The notes under the pieces are model-generated. The model was given only the letters and a program-made list of their open reading frames with translations, had not been told where the DNA came from and did no database searches. A stretch of 64,000 nucleotides of DNA, from the NCBI GenBank assembly GCA_963731875.1, contig CAVSXL010000005.1:176544-240543 (forward strand), given 5' to 3'. The position numbers were made by a program, and so were the translations under genes. Of this stretch, positions 32,667 through 44,185 are shown piece after piece (within the stretch, counting starts at the first letter, position 1; each line of letters starts with the position of its first letter). This DNA is from an uncultured Alphaproteobacteria bacterium. Its GTDB lineage: Bacteria; Pseudomonadota; Alphaproteobacteria; Rhizobiales; Methyloligellaceae.

Positions 32667-33293
32667 ATGGACGAAGCCCTAAATAAGCTGGGCGCTTACC
32701 TTGCCGGGAAACTCGGACCGAAGCAGACAGGCTTCCAGGTCGTGCTCGGCGAGCTCACCATCGAGGTGAAGCGCGACAGTATTCCGGAGGTCATCGCCTT
32801 CCTGCGCGACGACGAACGCTGCCGCTTTGGCTGTCTCATCGATATTTGCGGTGTCGATTACCCCGAGCGCGACGAGCGCTTCGATGTGGTCTATCACCTG
32901 CTGAGCCCGTGGCTGAACCAGCGCATTCGCGTCCGCGCTACGGCCCGGGCCGAGACGCCGGTGCCCAGCATCGTTGAGCTGTTTCCCGCGGCCAACTGGT
33001 TCGAGCGCGAGGCCTACGACCTCTACGGTATCCTGTTCGAAGGTCATCCCGACTTGCGGCGCTTGCTCACCGATTACGGGTTTCAAGGCCATCCCTTGCG
33101 CAAGGACTTCCCGCTTACCGGCTTTGTCGAGCTTCGATACGACGATGAGCTGAAGCAGGTAGTGTACGAGCCCGTGAAGCTGATGCAGGAATATCGCAGC
33201 TTCGATTTCTTGAGCCCATGGGAGGGTATGGACACGGCCATCCCGGGTGACGAGAAGGCTGGCGAAGCGCCGGACCGGAAGGGGGAGCCGTGA
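32667..33293 (+). CDS. nuoC: NADH-quinone oxidoreductase subunit C
   Basis: [32 protein letters not shown]. Confidence 0.98.
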   Translation: MDEALNKLGAYLAGKLGPKQTGFQVVLGELTIEVKRDSIPEVIAFLRDDERCRFGCLIDICGVDYPERDERFDVVYHLLSPWLNQRIRVRATARAETPVPSIVELFPAANWFEREAYDLYGILFEGHPDLRRLLTDYGFQGHPLRKDFPLTGFVELRYDDELKQVVYEPVKLMQEYRSFDFLSPWEGMDTAIPGDEKAGEAPDRKGEP

Positions 33294-33721
33294 AGCCAAC
33301 CCTCAAAGCCGGACTCAAGCACCGCTTCGCCTACACCGTGCCCGTGACCAAGACCGTGCCATATCTCTACCAGGAGGCACCGCAACTCGCCGCCATGCCC
33401 GAGGTCTTCGCCACCGGCTTCATGGTCGGCCTCATGGAATGGACTTGCGTGCAATTGCTGGAGCCACATCTGGACGAAGGCGAGGGTAGTCTCGGCGTCC
33501 ATATCGACGTGTCGCACAAGGCCGCCACGCCCCCGGGCTTCACGGTGACGGTGAACGCCGAGTGCACCGAGATTCGGGGGCCGCGGGCGAGCTTCAAGAT
33601 CACCGCCCATGACGGCGTCGAGGAGATCGGCGCCGGCACCCATGAGCGCTTTATCGTCGGCTGGAACAGATTCGAGCGCGGCGTCGCCGCCAAGCTGTCG
33701 AAGGCTGGAGTGGACGCCTAA
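33290..33721 (+). CDS. FlK-like hot-dog thioesterase (fluoroacetyl-CoA thioesterase family)
   Basis: [43 protein letters not shown]; GTGA overlap with nuoC and TAATG overlap with nuoD. Confidence 0.92.
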   Translation: MKPTLKAGLKHRFAYTVPVTKTVPYLYQEAPQLAAMPEVFATGFMVGLMEWTCVQLLEPHLDEGEGSLGVHIDVSHKAATPPGFTVTVNAECTEIRGPRASFKITAHDGVEEIGAGTHERFIVGWNRFERGVAAKLSKAGVDA

Positions 33722-34947
33722 TGGCCGAGATCGAGACCAAAGCGCCGGAACTGGACGGCGGCAAGCGTGAGGGCGACGACCGCACCTTCACCATCAACTT
33801 CGGGCCCCAGCATCCGGCCGCGCACGGCGTGCTGCGCCTCGTGCTCGAACTCGACGGGGAGGTGGTCGAGCGAGTCGATCCCCATATCGGCCTGCTGCAC
33901 CGCGGCACGGAAAAGCTGATCGAGTACAAGACTTATCTCCAAGCGCTGCCCTATTTCGACCGGCTCGACTATGTCGCACCGATGAATCAGGAGCATGCCT
34001 ATTCACTGGCCGTCGAGAAGCTCGTGGGTGTCGCGGTGCCGAAGCGGGCGCAGCTCATCCGCGTCCTCTACTCCGAGATCGGCCGGCTGCTCTCCCACCT
34101 GCTCAATGTTACCACGCAGGCCATGGATGTCGGCGCGCTCACCCCGCCGCTCTGGGGCTTCGAGGAGCGCGAGAAGCTCATGGTGTTCTATGAGCGGGCG
34201 AGCGGCAGCCGCATGCATGCCGCCTATGTGCGTCCCGGCGGGGTGCATCAGGACCTGCCGCCGGAGCTCGTGGACGACATCTACGCCTTCTGCGATCCCT
34301 TCCTGAAGGTCTGCGACGACATCGAAGGCCTGCTGACAGACAACCGCATCTTCAAGCAGCGCAATGTCGATATCGGTGTTGTGAGCCAGGAGGAGGGCTG
34401 GGCTCACGGATTTTCCGGCGTCATGATCCGCAGCACCGGCGCGGCCTGGGATCTGCGCAAGTCGCAGCCCTACGAGTGCTATGACGAGCTCGAATTCGAC
34501 ATTCCAATCGGTAAGAACGGCGACTGCTACGACCGCTATCTCATCCGCATGGAGGAGATGCGCCAATCGGTGCGCCTCATGAAGCAATGTTGCGAGCGTC
34601 TTGCCACCACACCGGGTCCCGTCACCGTCGACAACCATAAGATGGTGCCGCCGCGGCGCGCTGAGATGAAGGGCTCCATGGAAGCCCTGATCCACCACTT
34701 CAAGCTGTATACCGAGGGCTATCACGTACCGAAGGGCGAGGCTTACGCCGCCGTCGAGGCGCCGAAGGGTGAGTTCGGCGTGTATCTCGTCTCGGACGGC
34801 ACCAACCGGCCTTATCGCTGCAAGATCCGGGCGCCCAGCTTCGTCCATCTCGCGGCCCTAGAGTTCTTGTGCAAAGGCCACATGCTGGCGGACGTGTCGG
34901 CCGTGATCGGATCGATCGATATTGTCTTTGGAGAGTGTGACCGGTGA
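33721..34947 (+). CDS. nuoD: NADH-quinone oxidoreductase subunit D
   Basis: [46 protein letters not shown]. Confidence 0.99.
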   Translation: MAEIETKAPELDGGKREGDDRTFTINFGPQHPAAHGVLRLVLELDGEVVERVDPHIGLLHRGTEKLIEYKTYLQALPYFDRLDYVAPMNQEHAYSLAVEKLVGVAVPKRAQLIRVLYSEIGRLLSHLLNVTTQAMDVGALTPPLWGFEEREKLMVFYERASGSRMHAAYVRPGGVHQDLPPELVDDIYAFCDPFLKVCDDIEGLLTDNRIFKQRNVDIGVVSQEEGWAHGFSGVMIRSTGAAWDLRKSQPYECYDELEFDIPIGKNGDCYDRYLIRMEEMRQSVRLMKQCCERLATTPGPVTVDNHKMVPPRRAEMKGSMEALIHHFKLYTEGYHVPKGEAYAAVEAPKGEFGVYLVSDGTNRPYRCKIRAPSFVHLAALEFLCKGHMLADVSAVIGSIDIVFGECDR

Positions 34948-35070
34948 TGCATTGTGCAGTTGCGAAATGGAGCGTCGTAAGCAAGACTCTACAAGGCCTT
35001 ACACAAGTCAGTTAGGAGCGACTCGCGCGAGCCTGGGCAACGCTTCCCGCGCGACCACAAGAAGATAGAG

Positions 35071-35823
35071 ATGAGCGTCCGACGCCTCGCCGCTGAGCAG
35101 CCTGAAGGCTTCGCCTTCACGCCTGAAAATCTTGAATGGGCCAAGGCCCAGATCAAGCAATATCCGGAGGGCCGGCAGGCTTCCGCCGTGCTCTCGTTGT
35201 TGTGGCGGGCGCAGGAGCAGGTGGGTGGCTGGATTCCCGAGCCGGCGCTCCGTTACATCGCCGACATGCTCGGCATGGCCTATATCCGCGTCTACGAGAT
35301 CGTGACCTTCTATACGATGTTCAATCTGGCACCCGTCGGCCGCTATTACGTCCAGGTGTGCGGCACCACGCCATGCATGCTGCGCGGCGCCGACGACATC
35401 AAGGCAGCATGCCGCAAGCAGATCGGCGAGAAGGATCATGTCAGCGCGGACGGCTTGTTCTCATGGACCGAGGTCGAATGCCTCGGCGCCTGCGTCAACG
35501 CCCCCATGGCCCAGATCAACAAATATTACTACGAGGATCTGACGCCGGAGAATTTCGAGTCCATTCTGAAGCGCTTGCGCGCGGGCGAAGAGGTCGAGCC
35601 AGGCCCGCAGAACGGACGTCAGACCTCCGCGCCGCTTGGCGGTCCAATGACGCTCACCGATCCTGCGATCTACGCCAATGACCAATCCGGCCCAGAGCCC
35701 GGCTGCGCCGGCCCCGCGCTCATGGATGCCGAGGCCAAGCGTCCAGGCGCCGCCGCCAATATCCGCGAGGCCGGCACGCCCAAGCCGCCGCTCACGAAGG
35801 GCAGAAAGCCGAAGGCGCCCTGA
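35071..35823 (+). CDS. nuoE: NADH-quinone oxidoreductase subunit E with C-terminal extension
   Basis: [25 protein letters not shown]. Confidence 0.98.
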   Translation: MSVRRLAAEQPEGFAFTPENLEWAKAQIKQYPEGRQASAVLSLLWRAQEQVGGWIPEPALRYIADMLGMAYIRVYEIVTFYTMFNLAPVGRYYVQVCGTTPCMLRGADDIKAACRKQIGEKDHVSADGLFSWTEVECLGACVNAPMAQINKYYYEDLTPENFESILKRLRAGEEVEPGPQNGRQTSAPLGGPMTLTDPAIYANDQSGPEPGCAGPALMDAEAKRPGAAANIREAGTPKPPLTKGRKPKAP

Positions 35824-37121
35824 TGCTCCAGGACAAGGACCGCATTTACAAGAACCTGTACGGCCTCCACAGTTGGCGGCTCAAAGCGGCGCGCGCCCGC
35901 GGCGCCTGGGATGGCACCAAGGAGATGATCGCACGCGGTCACGACGCCATCATCGACGAGGTGAAGGCCTCAGGCTTGCGCGGTCGCGGCGGCGCAGGAT
36001 TTCCCACCGGGCTCAAATGGTCGTTCATGCCCAAGAACGATGCCCGCCCGAGCTATCTCGCCGTCAATGCCGATGAGTCCGAGCCCGGAACCTGCAAGGA
36101 CCGGGACATCATGCGGCACGATCCGCATCTTCTGATCGAGGGCGCGCTGCTCGCCGCCTTCGCCATGCGGGCGCATGTCTCCTACATTTATATCCGCGGC
36201 GAGTTCATCGCCGAGCGTGAGATCCTCCAGGCGGCCGTCGACGAAGCCTATGAGGCCAAGCTGATCGGCGAGAACAATGTCAACGGCTGGGACTTCGAAC
36301 TCTACGTCCACCACGGCGCCGGCGCCTATATCTGCGGCGAAGAGACGGCGATGCTCGAAAGCCTGGAAGGCAAGAAGGGCCAGCCGCGCCTGAAGCCGCC
36401 GTTCCCCGCCAATGTCGGGCTCTACGGCGCCCCCACGACGGTCAACAATGTCGAAACCATCTCGTCGGTGCCGGACATTTTGCGTCGCGGCGCAACCTGG
36501 TACGCCTCGCTGGGCCGTCCCAACAACAGCGGCACCAAGCTCTATTGCATCTCCGGCCACGTAAATAAGCCCTGCACCGTCGAGGAAGAGATGGGCGTGC
36601 CCTTGCGTGAGCTTATTGACCATTATGCGGGCGGCGTGCGCGGCGGTTGGGACAATCTTCTCGCGGTCATTCCCGGCGGCTCGTCGGTTCCCTGCATCCC
36701 GGCCAGCGTGTGCGAAGACCTGCCCATGGACTTCGACAGCCTGAAAGCGGTGAACACCGGTCTCGGCACTGGCGGCGTAATCGTCATGGACAAGTCCACC
36801 GACATCATTCGCGCCATTTCGCGGCTGTCCTATTTCTACAAGCATGAATCCTGCGGCCAATGCACGCCCTGCCGCGAGGGCACGGGCTGGATGTGGCGCG
36901 TGCTGGAGCGCATGGCCAATGGCGAGGCGGAGAAAGCCGAGATCGACATGCTGCTCAACGTCAGCCATCAAGTTGAGGGACACACCATCTGTGCACTCGG
37001 CGACGCGGCCGCGTGGCCGGTACAAGGGCTCATCCGCCATTTCCGCCATGTGATCGAAGAACGCATCGATGCCAAGGCGACGAAGCCAATCTCACCCTCC
37101 GTCCCGGTAGCGGCGGAGTAG
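35823..37121 (+). CDS. nuoF: NADH-quinone oxidoreductase subunit F
   Basis: [45 protein letters not shown]. Confidence 0.99.
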   Translation: MLQDKDRIYKNLYGLHSWRLKAARARGAWDGTKEMIARGHDAIIDEVKASGLRGRGGAGFPTGLKWSFMPKNDARPSYLAVNADESEPGTCKDRDIMRHDPHLLIEGALLAAFAMRAHVSYIYIRGEFIAEREILQAAVDEAYEAKLIGENNVNGWDFELYVHHGAGAYICGEETAMLESLEGKKGQPRLKPPFPANVGLYGAPTTVNNVETISSVPDILRRGATWYASLGRPNNSGTKLYCISGHVNKPCTVEEEMGVPLRELIDHYAGGVRGGWDNLLAVIPGGSSVPCIPASVCEDLPMDFDSLKAVNTGLGTGGVIVMDKSTDIIRAISRLSYFYKHESCGQCTPCREGTGWMWRVLERMANGEAEKAEIDMLLNVSHQVEGHTICALGDAAAWPVQGLIRHFRHVIEERIDAKATKPISPSVPVAAE

Positions 37122-37130
37122 GGGCCGTGC

Positions 37131-37610
37131 ATGACCTGGCTGTGGCAAAACGCAAATACGTTGGCGACGGTCGCCATGGGCATCGCCGCCGTGGCGGCAC
37201 TGATCTACGCGCATCTGCAAATTTCCGACAGCCGCAAGGGGGAGCACCGCGCGAACGCCAATGAACTATGGAGAGAGACTCTGAGGCTCGCCTTTGACAA
37301 TCCCAAGCTGTCCGATCCGTCGCTCGCGCTCGCCGAGTACGACTACGACGCGATGACGATCGACGGCAGCAAGGAGACGTTCCAAAAATACGAGCTTTTC
37401 GTGGACACCGTGCTCAACGCCAGCGAGGAGATCCTGCAAGTTTTGCCAACCAGAGAATGGGATGCGTCCGTTCGTATCCAACTCTGGCAGCATCGCGAGT
37501 ACCTGTTGTCCAAGCACTTTCGGAATTCAGGCTACCTCGAGCAGTACACGCCGCGCTTCCGCACCTTCATGGACGACGTCCTGAAAGAAACACCGAAACA
37601 CCATGCCTAA
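37131..37610 (+). CDS. Hypothetical membrane-anchored protein inserted between nuoF and nuoG
   Basis: 159 aa, N-terminal TM helix, protein-like composition, 9 nt after the nuoF stop, ATGCCTAA overlap with nuoG. Confidence 0.8.
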   Translation: MTWLWQNANTLATVAMGIAAVAALIYAHLQISDSRKGEHRANANELWRETLRLAFDNPKLSDPSLALAEYDYDAMTIDGSKETFQKYELFVDTVLNASEEILQVLPTREWDASVRIQLWQHREYLLSKHFRNSGYLEQYTPRFRTFMDDVLKETPKHHA

Positions 37611-39711
37611 GTTGATTATCAACAATCAGGAGCATGATTTTCCGGACGGCATCACGCTGATCCAGGCGTGTGAGCTCGCTGGAATCGAGATCCCACGCTT
37701 CTGCTATCACGAGCGTCTCTCGATCGCCGGCAATTGCCGCATGTGTCTGGTCGAAATCGCCGGCATGCCCAAGCCCGTCGCGTCTTGCGCCATGTCCATC
37801 AACGATCTCAGGCCGGGCAGGGACGGCGCGCCGCCGACGATCATCACCAACTCCGAGACGGTGAAGAAAGCACGCGAAGGCGTCCTCGAGTTCTTGCTCT
37901 TAAATCATCCGCTGGACTGTCCGATCTGCGACCAGGGCGGCGAGTGCGATCTGCAAGATCAGACCATGGCCTATGGCTACGACGCCGGCCGCTTTCAGGA
38001 CAACAAGCGCGCGGTCGAGGACAAATATCTCGGGCCGCTGATCAAGACCTTCATGACACGCTGCATCCACTGCACACGCTGCGTCCGCTTCATGACCGAG
38101 GTCGGCGGCGTACAGGAACTCGGCGCGATCGGCCGCGGCGAGGACATGGAGATTACCACCTATCTCGAGCACGGCATGCGCTCGAACCTGTCCGGCAACG
38201 TGGTCGATCTTTGCCCCGTGGGCGCTCTGACCGCGAAGCCCTACGCCTTCGTGGCGCGCCCGTGGGAACTCGCCAAGACTCCGTCCATCGATGTGATGGA
38301 CGCGCTTGGCTCCGCGATCCGCGTAGATGCCCGCGGCCGCGAAGTGTTGCGTATCCTGCCGCGCATCAACGAGGCCGTGAACGAGGAGTGGATCTCCGAC
38401 AAGGCGCGTCATGTGTGGGACGGCTTGCGGACCCAGCGCCTGGACAGGCCCTACGTTCGGCGCGACGGCAAGCTCGAGCCCGCCACGTGGGACGAGGCCT
38501 TCGGCGTGATTGCCGAGAGGCTGAAGGGGCTCGACGGCGCAAAGTTCGGCGCGATCGCCGGCGATCTCGTCGCGGCGGAAGAGATGTTCGCGCTGAAGCT
38601 CCTCGCCGAGCAACTCGGCTCACCGAATATCGATTGCCGTCAGGACGGCGCCAAGCTTGACCCCGCGCTCGGCCGCGCCACTTATCTCTTCAACACCATG
38701 ATCGGCGGTATCGAGGATGCGGACGCTGTCCTGTTCATCGGAACCGACCCCCGCGTCGAAGCACCGGTGCTAAATTCCCGTTTCCTCAAGCGGTGGCACA
38801 AGCTCGAAGGAAAGCTTCCCGTCGGCCTCATTGGTACCGAGGTCGATCTGACCTATCCTTACGATTATCTCGGTGCCGGCCCTGAGACCCTGGCCAAGCT
38901 CGCCGACGGCTCTCACGCCTTCGCCAAGACGCTGCAAGAGGCTCAAAGGCCCATGATCGTCGTGGGTCAAGCCGCGCTCGCCCGGCCTGACGGCGCGGCC
39001 GTGCTAGCTCTGGCCGCCAAGGCAGCCATGAAACTTGGCGCGGTGAAATCAGGCTGGAATGGCTTCAACGTGCTGCACAGCGCCGCCGGGCGCGTCGCCG
39101 GGCTCGATCTAGGCTTCGTCCCGGGCAAAGGCGGCCGCGATGTCGACGCCATTCTCGACGCCGCGGGCAAAGGGGAGATCGAGGCCGTCTATCTTCTCGG
39201 CGCCGACGAGATTGACATGGAGCGCCTCGGCGAGGCCTTCGTCATTTACCAGGGCAGCCATGGCGATGCCGGCGCTCATCGCGCCGACGTGATCCTCCCC
39301 GCCGCGGCCTATACGGAAAAAGACGGGACCTATGTGAACACGGAAGGCCGGGCACAGACGACGTCCCGCGCCATCTTCCCCCCAGGTGAGGCGCGCGAGG
39401 ACTGGAAGATCCTGCGGGCGCTGTCGGCCGTTCTCGGCCAGCCGCTGCCGTTCGATAGCCTGCAAGCCCTCCGCGCCAAAATGTATGCGGCATCCCCGAA
39501 CCTGGCACTGCTCGATCTCGTCGAGCCCGCCGACCCTGCGGCAATCGAAAAGCTTGCCGCCCAGCCGGCGAAGCCGGCCAAGGATCGCTTCGGCCTGGCG
39601 ATCACGGATTATTTCCTCTCAAACCCAGTGGCGCGCGCCTCGTCCATCATGGCGAACTTGAGCGCGATGCACGCGGGCGGAAACGAGAAGGCGACCGGCA
39701 CCGATGGCTGA
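37603..39711 (+). CDS. nuoG: NADH-quinone oxidoreductase subunit G
   Basis: [46 protein letters not shown]. Confidence 0.99.
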   Translation: MPKLIINNQEHDFPDGITLIQACELAGIEIPRFCYHERLSIAGNCRMCLVEIAGMPKPVASCAMSINDLRPGRDGAPPTIITNSETVKKAREGVLEFLLLNHPLDCPICDQGGECDLQDQTMAYGYDAGRFQDNKRAVEDKYLGPLIKTFMTRCIHCTRCVRFMTEVGGVQELGAIGRGEDMEITTYLEHGMRSNLSGNVVDLCPVGALTAKPYAFVARPWELAKTPSIDVMDALGSAIRVDARGREVLRILPRINEAVNEEWISDKARHVWDGLRTQRLDRPYVRRDGKLEPATWDEAFGVIAERLKGLDGAKFGAIAGDLVAAEEMFALKLLAEQLGSPNIDCRQDGAKLDPALGRATYLFNTMIGGIEDADAVLFIGTDPRVEAPVLNSRFLKRWHKLEGKLPVGLIGTEVDLTYPYDYLGAGPETLAKLADGSHAFAKTLQEAQRPMIVVGQAALARPDGAAVLALAAKAAMKLGAVKSGWNGFNVLHSAAGRVAGLDLGFVPGKGGRDVDAILDAAGKGEIEAVYLLGADEIDMERLGEAFVIYQGSHGDAGAHRADVILPAAAYTEKDGTYVNTEGRAQTTSRAIFPPGEAREDWKILRALSAVLGQPLPFDSLQALRAKMYAASPNLALLDLVEPADPAAIEKLAAQPAKPAKDRFGLAITDYFLSNPVARASSIMANLSAMHAGGNEKATGTDG

Positions 39712-40726
39712 GTTCTGGACCAGTTACGGGCTGCCGACTTTCCTAATCGTGGCGCATAGCGTGGCGCTGATCGTGATCCTTTTGGTCGTCATCGCCTTCA
39801 CCCTCTATGCCGACCGGAAGGTCTGGGCCGCGGTCCAGATGCGGCGCGGGCCGAACGTGGTTGGGCCTTTCGGCCTATGGCAGTCATTCGCCGATCTGCT
39901 CAAATTCGTGTTCAAAGAGGTCATCATCCCGGCGGGGTCCAATAAGGGCCTCTTCCTGATGGCGCCGGTGGTCACCGCGGGACTGGCGATCTCCGCCTGG
40001 GCTGTCATGCCCGTCGCCAAGGGATGGGCCGTCGCCGACATCCATGTGGGCGTGCTCTACATCTTCGCCATCTCGAGCCTGCAGGTCTACGGCGTGATCA
40101 TGGCCGGCTGGGCCTCCAACTCGAAATACGCCTTTCTCGCCTGCCTGCGGTCGGCCGCCCAGATGGTCTCCTACGAGGTCTCCATCGGCTTCGTCATCAT
40201 CACCGTGCTCCTGTGCGCCGGCTCCCTCAATCTCACGGACATCGTCATGTCCCAGGATCGCGGCCTCGGCCTGTTCGGTTGGTACTGGCTGCCGCTGCTG
40301 CCGATGTTCGTGGTGTTCTTCATCTCCATGCTGGCCGAGACCAACCGGCCGCCCTTCGACCTCCTGGAGGCGGAGTCGGAGCTCGTGGCGGGCTTCATGG
40401 TCGAGTATTCCTCGACCCCCTATATGCTTTTCATGCTGGGGGAATATGTCGCCATCCTCCTGCTCTGCAGCCTAGGAACCGTGCTTTTCCTCGGCGGCTG
40501 GCTGCCGCCATTCCCGGTGGCGCCCTTCACCTGGATACCAGGCGTGCTATGGTTCACCTTGAAAGTTGGCTTCCTGTTCTTCCTCGTCTCCATGGTCAAG
40601 GCCATGGTGCCGCGTTATCGCTACGATCAGCTGATGCGGCTTGGCTGGAAGGTGTTTCTGCCCTTGTCGCTCGCCGCCGTCGTGGTCGTGGCCGCGGTGC
40701 TGCGGCTTTGGCAATACGGCATTTGA
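39704..40726 (+). CDS. nuoH: NADH-quinone oxidoreductase subunit H
   Basis: [45 protein letters not shown]. Confidence 0.99.
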   Translation: MAEFWTSYGLPTFLIVAHSVALIVILLVVIAFTLYADRKVWAAVQMRRGPNVVGPFGLWQSFADLLKFVFKEVIIPAGSNKGLFLMAPVVTAGLAISAWAVMPVAKGWAVADIHVGVLYIFAISSLQVYGVIMAGWASNSKYAFLACLRSAAQMVSYEVSIGFVIITVLLCAGSLNLTDIVMSQDRGLGLFGWYWLPLLPMFVVFFISMLAETNRPPFDLLEAESELVAGFMVEYSSTPYMLFMLGEYVAILLLCSLGTVLFLGGWLPPFPVAPFTWIPGVLWFTLKVGFLFFLVSMVKAMVPRYRYDQLMRLGWKVFLPLSLAAVVVVAAVLRLWQYGI

Positions 40727-40739
40727 GAGGACTGACCGC

Positions 40740-41231
40740 GTGAGACGCGTTGCCCAGGCCGCGAAATCGCTTCTGCTGATGGAGTTTCTATCGGCCTTTT
40801 GGCTTGCCATGAAATATTTCGTGGGGCCGAAGGCGACCCTGAACTACCCCTTCGAGAAGGGACCGCTCTCGCCCCGCTTCCGCGGCGAGCACGCGCTGCG
40901 GCGCTATCCCAACGGCGAGGAGCGCTGCATCGCCTGCAAGCTCTGCGAGGCTGTCTGCCCGGCGCAAGCCATCACCATCGAGGCGGGGCCCCGGCGCAAT
41001 GACGGCACCCGCCGCACCACGCGCTATGACATCGACATGGTGAAATGCATCTATTGCGGCTTCTGCCAGGAAGCCTGCCCGGTCGACGCGATTGTGGAGG
41101 GACCGAATTTCGAGTTCGCCACCGAGACGCGCGAAGAGCTTTATTACGACAAGGACCGGCTGCTCGCGAATGGTGACCGCTGGGAGCGCGAGTTGGCCAA
41201 AAATATCGCGCTCGACGCGCCGTACCGGTGA
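40740..41231 (+). CDS. nuoI: NADH-quinone oxidoreductase subunit I
   Basis: Two 4Fe-4S motifs [12 protein letters not shown] and [12 protein letters not shown]. Confidence 0.99.
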   Translation: MRRVAQAAKSLLLMEFLSAFWLAMKYFVGPKATLNYPFEKGPLSPRFRGEHALRRYPNGEERCIACKLCEAVCPAQAITIEAGPRRNDGTRRTTRYDIDMVKCIYCGFCQEACPVDAIVEGPNFEFATETREELYYDKDRLLANGDRWERELAKNIALDAPYR

Positions 41232-41329
41232 GGGGCTAGTGGGGTGTTTTGGGGCGATCCTCTTTCCGCGTGCCCGGCCAGTGAGCCGGGCCTCCGTTAT
41301 CACGGTCTAGCCAGCACGAAGAAGGCTGC

Positions 41330-41941
41330 ATGATGTTGTCCGCGCTGTTCTTCTATCTCTTCGCCATCATGTGCGTGGGCGCGGGCTTTATGGTGATCGC
41401 CGCCAAGAATCCCGTACATGCGGTCCTCTACCTGATCCTCGCCTTCTTCAACGCGGCAGGCTTATTCGTCCTGCTCGGCGCCGAGTTCCTGGCCATGATC
41501 TTGGTGGTGGTCTATGTGGGCGCGGTGCTCGTGCTGTTCTTGTTCGTGGTGATGATGCTCGACGTCGACTTCGCCGAGCTCCGCGCGGGCTTCCTCAAAT
41601 ATCTGCCGGTCGGTGCCATCGTGGGACTTCTGCTCCTGGTAGAGCTCATCTTCGTCGTCGGCGCTTGGGCTACGGCGCCCGAGCTCGTCAGCGACATTCC
41701 TACGCCGCCTGCCGCCGAGGTGAGCAACACCCAAGCGCTCGGCGAGATCCTCTATACCCGCTACGTTTATCTGTTCGAAGGCGCCGGTCTCATTCTGCTG
41801 GTCGCCATGATTGGCGCCATTGTGCTCACCCTCCAGCACAAGAAGGACGTGCGCCGGCAGTCCGTCGCCGCGCAAGTGGGCCGCACGCGCGAGATGTCGG
41901 TCGAGGTTGTCGAGGTCGAGACGGGGAGGGGGCTCAAATGA
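41330..41941 (+). CDS. nuoJ: NADH-quinone oxidoreductase subunit J
   Basis: [31 protein letters not shown]. Confidence 0.98.
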   Translation: MMLSALFFYLFAIMCVGAGFMVIAAKNPVHAVLYLILAFFNAAGLFVLLGAEFLAMILVVVYVGAVLVLFLFVVMMLDVDFAELRAGFLKYLPVGAIVGLLLLVELIFVVGAWATAPELVSDIPTPPAAEVSNTQALGEILYTRYVYLFEGAGLILLVAMIGAIVLTLQHKKDVRRQSVAAQVGRTREMSVEVVEVETGRGLK

Positions 41942-42246
41942 CGATCGGGCTTTCGCACTATCTCACCGTTGCCGCCATCCTGTTCACCATTGGCATTTTC
42001 GGCATCTTCCTCAACCGCAAGAATGTCATCGTCATCTTGATGTCGATCGAGCTGATGCTGCTCGCGGTCAATATCAATTTCGTCGCCTTCTCCTCCTTTC
42101 ATGGCGATCTTGTCGGCCAGGTCTTCACCCTGATCGTGCTCACCGTGGCGGCGGCTGAAGCGGCAATCGGCCTGGCCATCATCGTCGTCTACTTCCGCAA
42201 CCGCGGCACGATCGACGTCGCCGAAATCGATCTTCTGAAAGGCTGA
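41938..42246 (+). CDS. nuoK: NADH-quinone oxidoreductase subunit K
   Basis: [28 protein letters not shown]. Confidence 0.98.
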   Translation: MTIGLSHYLTVAAILFTIGIFGIFLNRKNVIVILMSIELMLLAVNINFVAFSSFHGDLVGQVFTLIVLTVAAAEAAIGLAIIVVYFRNRGTIDVAEIDLLKG

Positions 42247-42259
42247 CGGCAGACTTCCG

Positions 42260-44185
42260 ATGTATCAGGCGATCGTCTTCTTGCCCTTGCTGGGCGCCAT
42301 CTTCGCTGGCTTCTTCGGCCGCCTCGTGGGCGCGCGCGCCTGCGAGGTCATCACTACGACGCTGCTGTTTGTCGCCGCGTTCTTATCGTGGGTCGCCTTC
42401 TATCAGGTCGCCATCGAAGGCCACGATGTCCGCATCGAGCTACTGAGTTGGATCCACTCCGGCGAATTGAAGACATTTTGGTCGCTGCGCATCGATACGC
42501 TGACGGCCGTGATGCTCGTGGTGGTGACCACGGTCTCGAGCGTCGTGCATCTCTACTCCGTCGGCTACATGCACGAGGATCCGCACAAGGAGCGCTTCTT
42601 CGCCTATCTGTCGCTGTTCACCTTCGCCATGCTGGCGCTGGTCACGGCTGACGACCTGGTTCAGCTCTTTTTCGGATGGGAGGGCGTGGGGCTCGCATCC
42701 TACCTCCTGATCGGCTTCTGGTATCAGAAGCCCTCCGCAAACGCCGCCGCCATCAAGGCCTTCATCGTCAACCGCGTCGGCGATTTCGGCTTCGCGCTCG
42801 GCATCTTCGCCATCTTCGTGGTGTTCGGCGCCGTGCAATATGACACGATCTTCGCCGCCGCTCCCGACCAGGTCGGCCAAACCATGGCTTTCCTCGGCTA
42901 CCAGGTGCCCGTGCTCGAGCTGGTCTGCTTCCTCCTGTTCATGGGCGCCATGGGAAAGTCGGCGCAGTTCCTCCTGCACACCTGGCTGCCCGACGCCATG
43001 GAAGGCCCGACCCCCGTTTCCGCGTTGATCCATGCGGCCACCATGGTGACGGCCGGCGTGTATATGGTGGCGCGCCTTTCGCCGCTCTTCGAGCTTGCGC
43101 CTTACGCGCTCGGTTTCGTCGCCATCATCGGCGGAACGAGCGCCTTCTTCGCCGCCACCGCGGCGGTCGCGCAGACAGACATTAAGCGCGTCATCGCCTA
43201 TTCGACCTGCTCGCAGCTTGGCTACATGTTCGCAGCCGAAGGCGTCGGCGCTTTCGGCGCCGGCATGTTCCACCTCTTCACCCATGCCTGCTTCAAGGCG
43301 CTGCTGTTTCTGTGCGCCGGTGCGGTCATTCACACGCTTGCCGACAATCAGGACATGCGCCGCATGGGCGGCTTGCGGAAGGTCATCCCCTTCACCTGGG
43401 TAATGATGCTCATCGGGTCGCTGGCCTTGACCGGCTTTCCACTTACCTCCGGCTTCTTCTCCAAGGACTTCATCATTGAGACGACATACGGCGACCATAC
43501 TGCGGTCGGCCTGTACGCCTATTTGACGACGCTGATCGCGGCGTTCCTCACCGCGCTCTACACCTGGCGCATGATGTTCATGACCTTCGAGGGGAACTTC
43601 AAGGGCGGTAGAAAAGTCCTCGACCACGCACACGAGCCGCCATGGACCATGGGGGTTCCGCTGGTCATCCTGGCGGCGGGCGCGCTCTTCGCCGGCATCG
43701 GCTTCCAGCATCTCTTCATCGGCGCCGACCAGATCGGGTTCTGGCGCGACTCCCTCGTGACCCACGAGGCCACCCATCACGATCTGCCGCTGTGGCTAAC
43801 CCTGTCGCCGACGATCGCCATGACGGCCGGCTTCCTCATCGCTTGGTATTTCTACATGTGGCAGCCGCTCTATCCGTTCGGCTTGCTCAAGCGCTTTCCC
43901 GCCACCAACCGGTTCTTCCTTCATGCCTGGTATTTCGACGCGCTCTACGACTTCCTCTTCGTGCGTCCGGCCAAGCGGCTGGGCTACTTCCTGTGGAAGT
44001 TCGGCGACGGCAAGATTATTGACGGGCTCGGGCCTGACGGCGTGTCGGCGCGGGTGGTCGACATCACCAACCGCGTGGTCCGGCTGCAGACCGGCTACAT
44101 CTATCACTACGCCTTCATCATGCTGATCGGCGTGGCGTTGTTCATCACCTATTTCATCTTCGCCGGTGGGGGAATCGCGCCGTGA
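42260..44185 (+). CDS. nuoL: NADH-quinone oxidoreductase subunit L
   Basis: [41 protein letters not shown]. Confidence 0.98.
   Translation: MYQAIVFLPLLGAIFAGFFGRLVGARACEVITTTLLFVAAFLSWVAFYQVAIEGHDVRIELLSWIHSGELKTFWSLRIDTLTAVMLVVVTTVSSVVHLYSVGYMHEDPHKERFFAYLSLFTFAMLALVTADDLVQLFFGWEGVGLASYLLIGFWYQKPSANAAAIKAFIVNRVGDFGFALGIFAIFVVFGAVQYDTIFAAAPDQVGQTMAFLGYQVPVLELVCFLLFMGAMGKSAQFLLHTWLPDAMEGPTPVSALIHAATMVTAGVYMVARLSPLFELAPYALGFVAIIGGTSAFFAATAAVAQTDIKRVIAYSTCSQLGYMFAAEGVGAFGAGMFHLFTHACFKALLFLCAGAVIHTLADNQDMRRMGGLRKVIPFTWVMMLIGSLALTGFPLTSGFFSKDFIIETTYGDHTAVGLYAYLTTLIAAFLTALYTWRMMFMTFEGNFKGGRKVLDHAHEPPWTMGVPLVILAAGALFAGIGFQHLFIGADQIGFWRDSLVTHEATHHDLPLWLTLSPTIAMTAGFLIAWYFYMWQPLYPFGLLKRFPATNRFFLHAWYFDALYDFLFVRPAKRLGYFLWKFGDGKIIDGLGPDGVSARVVDITNRVVRLQTGYIYHYAFIMLIGVALFITYFIFAGGGIAP

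Noticed and set aside
34950-34965. Second PhaR-like box at nuoD-nuoE (TTGTGCAGTTGCG)
   Set aside because: Half-site spacing and first triplet do not fit the consensus
33280-37133. Similar GGGG(A)GCCGTG strings at the 5' junctions of both nuo inserts (about 33281-33292 and 37120-37128) as a shared recombination site
   Set aside because: Too short, and explained by SD plus start-codon composition; no matching 3' junction motif
41271-41291. GCCCGGC/GCCGGGC hairpin between nuoI and nuoJ as a REP or terminator
   Set aside because: No U-tract and no similarity to the dnaE REP unit; at most an mRNA stability element
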